A stretch of DNA of 64,000 nucleotides from assembly GCA_015490995.1 (NCBI GenBank), contig WFWT01000007.1:13671-77670 (forward strand), given 5' to 3'. Source of the DNA: Anaerolineae bacterium (lineage in GTDB: Bacteria; Chloroflexota; Anaerolineae; JAADDB01). Numbering within the stretch: the stretch's first letter is position 1; every line of letters begins with the position of its first letter. Of the stretch, positions 58,627-64,000 are shown in pieces. The notes beneath the pieces are model-generated. The model did no database searches, was not told where the DNA came from, and saw only the letters and a list, made by a program, of their open reading frames with translations. The position numbers and the translations under genes were made by a program.

Positions 58627-59637
58627 ATGCGTGGCCTGACATGGGACTACCTTATCCGGCGGGTTGCGATGTTCTTTGTGACCATCTGGCTGGGAGCAAC
58701 GCTGATCTTCATCATCCCGCGGCTGGCTCCCGGCGACCCCGTCGCAGCCATGGTAAGCCGTCTCCAGGCCCAGGCGGGGTACATTGAGAACAGCGCGGAG
58801 ATGATCGAAGCATGGCGCCGTCGCTTTGGCCTGGACGGCCCTATCTGGCTCCAGTACCTGAAATACATGCGCAGCGTCCTCACCCTGGACCTAGGGTATT
58901 CCCTGGCGTACTTCCCCAGCCGGGTGGAGGAGATGATCGTGGACGCGTTGCCGTGGACCGTCGGCCTCCTAACGTTGGCCACTTTGATGTCCTTTGTGCT
59001 GGGCAACCTTATCGGCGCTCTCATGGCCTGGCGCCGCACACCGGGCTTGATCCGTAACCTCCTCCCTTTGACCTTGACCTTTACCTCCATCCCCTTTTTC
59101 ATGCTGGGCATTTTGCTGATTTACCTCTTCGCCTTTACCCTGGACTGGTTCCCTCCCTCCGGTGCCTATGCGCGAGGCGTGGAGATCGGCCTGAATTGGG
59201 AATTCATTAAATCGGTAATCCACCACGGCACCCTGCCGGCTCTATCCATCGTCCTGACCTCCATGGGCTTCTGGGCCCTGGGCATGCGGGGGATGATGAT
59301 CACCAACGAGGGAGAGGACTACATGATCCTGGCCGAAGCGAAGGGCCTGAATCCTTTCCGCGTCTTCTGGAAGTACGGCATCCGCACCGCAGTACTGCCT
59401 CAAGTGACGGCCCTCGCCCTCAGCCTGGGGAGTATCGCCGGAGGATCCACCCTGGTGGAGTACATCTTTGCCTACCCCGGCATGGGCTACCTGCTGTACC
59501 AGGGCATTGTCAACACCGATTACACCCTGATCCAGGGCATTGTGTTTATGTTAATCCTGGGGACGGCCACATCGGTGCTGATCTTGGACCTACTGCTGCC
59601 GTTGATCGATCCACGCATCACGTACGAGAGGGGATAA
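58627..59637 (+). CDS. ABC transporter permease (OppB/DppB-type)
   Basis: 6 TM helices and the BPD_transp_1 EAA-like loop (ILAEAKGLNPFRVFWKYGIRTA). Confidence 0.9.
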   Translation: MRGLTWDYLIRRVAMFFVTIWLGATLIFIIPRLAPGDPVAAMVSRLQAQAGYIENSAEMIEAWRRRFGLDGPIWLQYLKYMRSVLTLDLGYSLAYFPSRVEEMIVDALPWTVGLLTLATLMSFVLGNLIGALMAWRRTPGLIRNLLPLTLTFTSIPFFMLGILLIYLFAFTLDWFPPSGAYARGVEIGLNWEFIKSVIHHGTLPALSIVLTSMGFWALGMRGMMITNEGEDYMILAEAKGLNPFRVFWKYGIRTAVLPQVTALALSLGSIAGGSTLVEYIFAYPGMGYLLYQGIVNTDYTLIQGIVFMLILGTATSVLILDLLLPLIDPRITYERG

Positions 59638-59641
59638 AGCC

Positions 59642-60571
59642 ATGACAGCGGGTGCAGGAACGGTGAGGCCGCGGACGTGGCTGCGACTCAACCGGTGGGA
59701 TTCGCCGTGGCTTAACGCGAAGTTTCTCATTGGCCTGGCCATGGTGCTGGGGGTTGCCCTGATGGGTATCATCGGTCCCCTATTCTGGGATACCACACTG
59801 GCACGGGTGGGCTCGTCACCGCTCAACTTGCCTCCGGTATGGGTCAAGACGGATAACCCTGCCTTCGGCCAACCAACCTGGGCCCACCCCCTGGGCACTG
59901 AAAGCAACGGCCGGGATATGCTGGCGGTCCTCCTCGTGGGTGCGCCTCGCTCTCTGCGGATAGGGGTTATCGCGGCCGGGATTGGCATGCTGGTGGGCAT
60001 TATTCTGGGGTTCACGGCCGGTTTTCTCGGCGGGTGGATCGACAACGTTATCCGTACATTGGCCGACGCGATGATCACGATCCCGTCCCTGGCAGTGCTC
60101 ATTGTCATCTCCGCGTATGTGCGTCAGGTCAGCGTGGAGAACATGGCTTTGATCCTTGCCCTCTTTGCCTGGCCCGGACCGACCCGACTCATCCGTTCCC
60201 AGGTGCTCAGCATGCGGGAGCGCGGGTACGTGAAGATGGCCCGCTTATCGGGCGCGTCCACCCTGTCCATCATGTTCGGGGAGATAATGCCGAACCTGTT
60301 GCCCTACCTTGCCGCCAGTTTCACCGGCAACGTCTCCGCCGCCATTTTAGCGGCCACCGGCCTGGAAGCCCTGGGACTAGGACCCACCCGCATTCCCACC
60401 TTGGGCATGACCATTTTCTATGCCATGCGCGCCGCTGCCATCCTGCGAGGCATGTGGTGGTGGTGGGGCTTTCCCATCGCGATGCTGATCATCATTTTCA
60501 CCGGGCTGTTCTTGATGACCGTTGGTTTGGATGAAATTGCTAACCCACGATTGCGAGGAGCACAACGGTGA
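59642..60571 (+). CDS. ABC transporter permease (OppC/DppC-type)
   Basis: OppC-type N-terminus and an EAA loop (MARLSGASTLSIMFGEIMPNL). It overlaps the next gene by 4 nt. Confidence 0.9.
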   Translation: MTAGAGTVRPRTWLRLNRWDSPWLNAKFLIGLAMVLGVALMGIIGPLFWDTTLARVGSSPLNLPPVWVKTDNPAFGQPTWAHPLGTESNGRDMLAVLLVGAPRSLRIGVIAAGIGMLVGIILGFTAGFLGGWIDNVIRTLADAMITIPSLAVLIVISAYVRQVSVENMALILALFAWPGPTRLIRSQVLSMRERGYVKMARLSGASTLSIMFGEIMPNLLPYLAASFTGNVSAAILAATGLEALGLGPTRIPTLGMTIFYAMRAAAILRGMWWWWGFPIAMLIIIFTGLFLMTVGLDEIANPRLRGAQR

Positions 60572-61617
60572 ACGCTACACCGACCTTTCCGGCCAGCTCT
60601 CCGGCACCGCCCAACGGCCAGCGCGACGACGTGGTGCTACGGGTCGAACACCTGAAGGTGTACTACGCGACCCCCCAAGGGGACGTCCACGCGGTGGATG
60701 ACGTTTCCTTTGAAGTTTACCGCGGGGAAATTCTGGGCCTGGTGGGAGAATCCGGTTGCGGTAAGACCACCACGGCCATGGCCATCCTGCGCTTGGTCCA
60801 ACCCCCGGGCCGCATAGTGGGAGGGCACATCTGGCTGGACGGGATAGACCTGGTGCGCTTGTCGGAACGGGAACTCCGTCGCCTGCGGTGGGATAAAATC
60901 TCCCTTATCCCCCAGGGGGCCATGAACTCCCTGAACCCCGTCCTCCGGGTGGGAGAACAGATCCGGGATGTCATCGAGGACCACGAGGGACGCCAACCCC
61001 GCAAAGCGCTTAAAGAACGCATCCTGCACCTGTTACACCTGGTAGGTCTTCCCAGTCGGGTGTATAACCTGTATCCTCACGAACTGAGTGGAGGCATGAA
61101 GCAGCGCGTGTGCATCGCGATGGCCATCGCGCTTAACCCTATCCTCATTATCGCCGATGAGCCCACCAGCGCGCTGGACGTAGTGGTTCAGCGGGTCGTA
61201 GCTGAGACGTTGTTGCGGGTGAAAGAAGAGTTAGGCATCTCTATCATCCTCATCGGTCACGATATGGGGTTGATGGCCCAGCTCGCCGACCGGGTAGCCG
61301 TCATGTACGCGGGGCACTTAGTGGAAATTGCCCCTGTGCGACCGCTGTTCAAAACGCCTTTGCACCCGTACACCCAGCTCTTGATCGAATCCATCCCTTC
61401 CATCAAGGAGCGTAAGCCCCTGAAACTCACAGAAGGGCTTACCCATGACTTGCGAAACCCTCCTCCCGGGTGCATCTTCCAGTTCCGATGCCCCCACGTC
61501 ACGGAAGGTTGTCGCACCCGTCGCCCGATGCTCCAGGACGTTCACCCCGGGCACCGGGTAGCGTGTTTCCTGTACCATGAGGCGGTCGCCTCCGGGGGCA
61601 CATCGCCCCAACGATAA
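60568..61617 (+). CDS. ABC transporter ATP-binding protein (OppD/DppD-type)
   Basis: Walker A GESGCGKTTT, signature LSGGMKQR, Walker B ILIIADEPTSALD, and an oligopeptide-type C-terminal domain with Cys residues. Confidence 0.9.
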   Translation: MNATPTFPASSPAPPNGQRDDVVLRVEHLKVYYATPQGDVHAVDDVSFEVYRGEILGLVGESGCGKTTTAMAILRLVQPPGRIVGGHIWLDGIDLVRLSERELRRLRWDKISLIPQGAMNSLNPVLRVGEQIRDVIEDHEGRQPRKALKERILHLLHLVGLPSRVYNLYPHELSGGMKQRVCIAMAIALNPILIIADEPTSALDVVVQRVVAETLLRVKEELGISIILIGHDMGLMAQLADRVAVMYAGHLVEIAPVRPLFKTPLHPYTQLLIESIPSIKERKPLKLTEGLTHDLRNPPPGCIFQFRCPHVTEGCRTRRPMLQDVHPGHRVACFLYHEAVASGGTSPQR

Positions 61618-61685
61618 ACCGTCCCCGCGAGAACGTTTTAAGCAGACAAGAGCTGTTAAGGGTTGAGGGAAGAGCACACCATACC

Positions 61686-62726
61686 ATGGGGAACAGGGGA
61701 ATGAGCACACCGCTACTGGAACTGCGTAACGTTACCAAGGTGTACGGTGGTGGTTTCTTACGCCGAGGGCCGGTAACGGTCGCGCTGCAGGACTTCAACC
61801 TGACGTTGTACGAACAACCGGCCAAAATCATCACCATAGCCGGCGAAAGCGGAAGCGGTAAAACCACGCTGGCCAACCTGATCTTGGGCTTTATCAAGCC
61901 TACCGCCGGCCACATCCTCTATCGGGGGCAGGACATCCATCGGATGAACCGCCACCAACGCCTGCAATACCGTCGGGAGGTTCAGGCCGTTTTCCAGGAC
62001 CCGTACGAGGTGTACAACCCCTTCTATCGGGTCAAACACATCTTCGACATGGCCATCCGTAACTTTCAGCTGGCCCGTTCGCGGGAGGAAAGCCGCGCCC
62101 TGATAGAGGAAGCGTTGAACGTTGTCGGCCTGCGGGCGGAGGAGGTGCTGGAAAAATACCCCCATCAGCTCAGCGGCGGACAGCGCCAACGCATGATGGT
62201 CGCGCGTGCCTTCCTCTTGAAACCCCGCCTCATCGTGGCCGACGAGCCGGTCTCTATGGTGGACGCCTCCCTTCGGGCTATGATCCTGGACATTATGATG
62301 CGCTTGCGGGATGAACACCAGATCTCTTTTCTGTACATCACCCATGATCTGAGCACCGCCTATCAAATTGGCGATGAAATTTACATCCTCTATCAGGGGA
62401 CCGTCGCGGAGTGCGGGGACACGGTAACGGTCATCGAACACCCGAAACACCCCTATGTGCAACTGCTCATCAACGCCATTCCGGTCCCCGATCCTGACGT
62501 ACGCTGGGGCGAAGACCAGGTGATCACTCTGGATGATGAGGAGATGCGCACCTCAATCCACAGTGGCTGCCGTTTCTACCCCCGGTGTCGTCATCGCATG
62601 GCCCACTGCCAGCACACCCGGCCTCCACTGTACCGCGTGGGGGAGAACCACTATGTGACCTGCTTCCTGTACGAAGAACAGCCGACTCCTGCTCCCCTGG
62701 CCGAGGGGGCAGACGTGAAGGATTAA
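61686..62726 (+). CDS. ABC transporter ATP-binding protein (OppF/DppF-type)
   Basis: Walker A GESGSGKTTL, signature LSGGQRQR, Walker B LIVADEPVSMVD. The start is the ATG at 61686 or 61701. Confidence 0.9.
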   Translation: MGNRGMSTPLLELRNVTKVYGGGFLRRGPVTVALQDFNLTLYEQPAKIITIAGESGSGKTTLANLILGFIKPTAGHILYRGQDIHRMNRHQRLQYRREVQAVFQDPYEVYNPFYRVKHIFDMAIRNFQLARSREESRALIEEALNVVGLRAEEVLEKYPHQLSGGQRQRMMVARAFLLKPRLIVADEPVSMVDASLRAMILDIMMRLRDEHQISFLYITHDLSTAYQIGDEIYILYQGTVAECGDTVTVIEHPKHPYVQLLINAIPVPDPDVRWGEDQVITLDDEEMRTSIHSGCRFYPRCRHRMAHCQHTRPPLYRVGENHYVTCFLYEEQPTPAPLAEGADVKD

Positions 62727-62885
62727 TGGTCTGAACAGCAGGGAGTGAATGAGAGATGGGTTGGGGCTGGCCATGGGCAGCTTCAACCCATTCACTATGC
62801 CCGGATGACGGCCATCTCCCGTTGCCTGCTCGCTGAGGGGCCGTCTGACAGAGCCAACACACCAACGATATGGAGGATGGTCCTA

Positions 62886-64000
62886 TGTACCACCGGATCT
62901 ACTGGACACTGGAGCGAGCTCTTCAGCGACTGGAACTGCTCGCACGCTACGAGTACGTCCACCGGGAACCGTTGCCCCCCTTTCGTTACCGCGAGCTCTC
63001 CGACGCGCTCACCCTACCTCCGGTAACGGAGGATATCGACGACACCTCTTGGGAGATAATTCCCCCGAACTCCTACTGGGGCCGCCCGATGACAAACTTC
63101 GTGCTACGCACCCACTTCCGAGTACCCGAGACGTGGCACCCCGCTTGGCCGGTGGCCCTCTACCTGCCCTTGGGCCACGCGGGGGATTTCAGCCATCCGG
63201 AAGCGCTTGTGTACGTGGACGGTCGGCCATACGCAGCGTGTGACCGGCATCATCAGGAGATCGGGGTACCGGGGCTCTGGCGCGACGGGCAAACGCACCT
63301 GATCGCCCTTCACGGCTGGACCGGCCTGATGGGCTTTCGACACCGGCAACCGGGCACCAAACTCTTCATGGGTGAGTGCGCGTTGGTACAAGTTCACCCC
63401 CCCACTCGCGCGTTTCTGGCCACAGCTCGCGTTGCCGTCGCCACCGCCCGTGTTCTGCCTGAGGATAACCCCACCCGCACGGCCATTCTCAACGCGCTTG
63501 AAGAAGCCTTCACCCACGTAGACTGGCGAGAACCCGGAAGTGCCACCTTCTACGAGAGCCTCCCCGTCGCCCACGCCTTGCTGTGTGAACGCCTGCGTTC
63601 CGCCGGCCCGACGTTGCCTGTGGAGGTCATCAGTGTGGGGCATGCCCACATCGATGTAGCCTGGCTGTGGCCCCTTGCCCAAACCCGGCGCAAGGCCGGC
63701 CGCTCGTTCCACACGGTCATCCGCCTGATGGAACAGTTCCCCCACTACACTTTTACCCAGAGTCAGCCCCAGCTGTACGAGTTCGTACGACAGGATTATC
63801 CCTGCTTGTTTGAAGCCATCCGCCAACGTGTGGCCGAAGGCCGGTGGGAACCCATTGGCGGCATGTGGGTAGAGGCGGACTGCAACCTCAGTGGCGCGGA
63901 AGCCCTTGCCCGCCAATTCCTGCTAGGACGCACCTTCTTCCGGGAACACTTTGGTCCCAACGCGGAAACCCCCGTGCTCTGGCTCCCCGACACGTTCGGT
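62886..64000 (+). CDS. Glycoside hydrolase family 38 alpha-mannosidase (N-terminal about 370 aa; the gene continues past the window end)
   Basis: Manual translation from the ATG at 62886 gives an open frame to 64000 (not in the track because there is no stop). It has the GH38 hallmarks (...VGHAHIDVAWLWP...QSQPQLYEFV...GRWEPIGGMWVEADCNLSGAEALARQFLLG...LWLPDTFG). Confidence 0.8.

Noticed and set aside
63104-63916. 270-aa minus-strand ORF
   Set aside because: It is antisense to the clearly recognisable GH38 alpha-mannosidase reading frame that runs to the window end. It has no domain signal.
1-64000. CRISPR arrays, rRNA genes, tRNA genes, transposases or integrases, and DnaA-box clusters
   Set aside because: I scanned for regularly spaced direct repeats, conserved rRNA/tRNA motifs, transposase/integrase-like ORFs, and TTATCCACA-type boxes. 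None were found. The only tandem repeats are the intragenic SH3b duplication and the 11-bp-period repeat at 12528-12548.

Overview
This is a high-GC (about 64%) bacterial chromosomal window, densely coded, with strong GGAGG-type ribosome-binding sites. A Chlor_Arch_YYY (DUF2298) membrane protein suggests a Chloroflexota-like organism; that is inference only. Most of the content is housekeeping: recN, ftsK, tyrS, metG, ndk, the rpmH-rnpA-yidD-yidC-jag cluster, bcp, rsfS, a Sir2 deacylase, fadD and a pseudouridine synthase. I called about 55 protein-coding genes and found no rRNA, tRNA, CRISPR array or obvious mobile element.

The more accessory-looking parts are:
- (a) an ECF transporter operon (ecfA1-ecfA2-ecfT) with two peptidase genes (M20 and DmpA/P1) lying between the transporter module and its S component;
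- (b) a LacI regulator with near-identical palindromic operators in front of lacI and of an Opp/Dpp-type ABC transporter, followed by a GH38 alpha-mannosidase;
- (c) an OmpR-type response regulator and a HAMP histidine kinase separated by two uncharacterised membrane proteins, with an 11-bp-period direct repeat in between;
- (d) a stand-alone complex-I Q-module (nuoB, nuoCD, nuoI);
- (e) a gene-sparse island of small hypothetical proteins around a MmyB-like regulator;
- (f) a 13-nt motif GAG(A/G)GCATTCGGA found three times in intergenic DNA, always next to histidine-kinase genes.

I also report an L,D-transpeptidase with recently duplicated SH3b repeats, an ApbE plus ferric-reductase-like pair, and several candidate promoters, terminators and operator sites. 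All coordinates come from reading the sequence and the ORF track; no database search was possible. Fine start-codon calls may be off by a few codons, and a few were ambiguous to within 1 nt.
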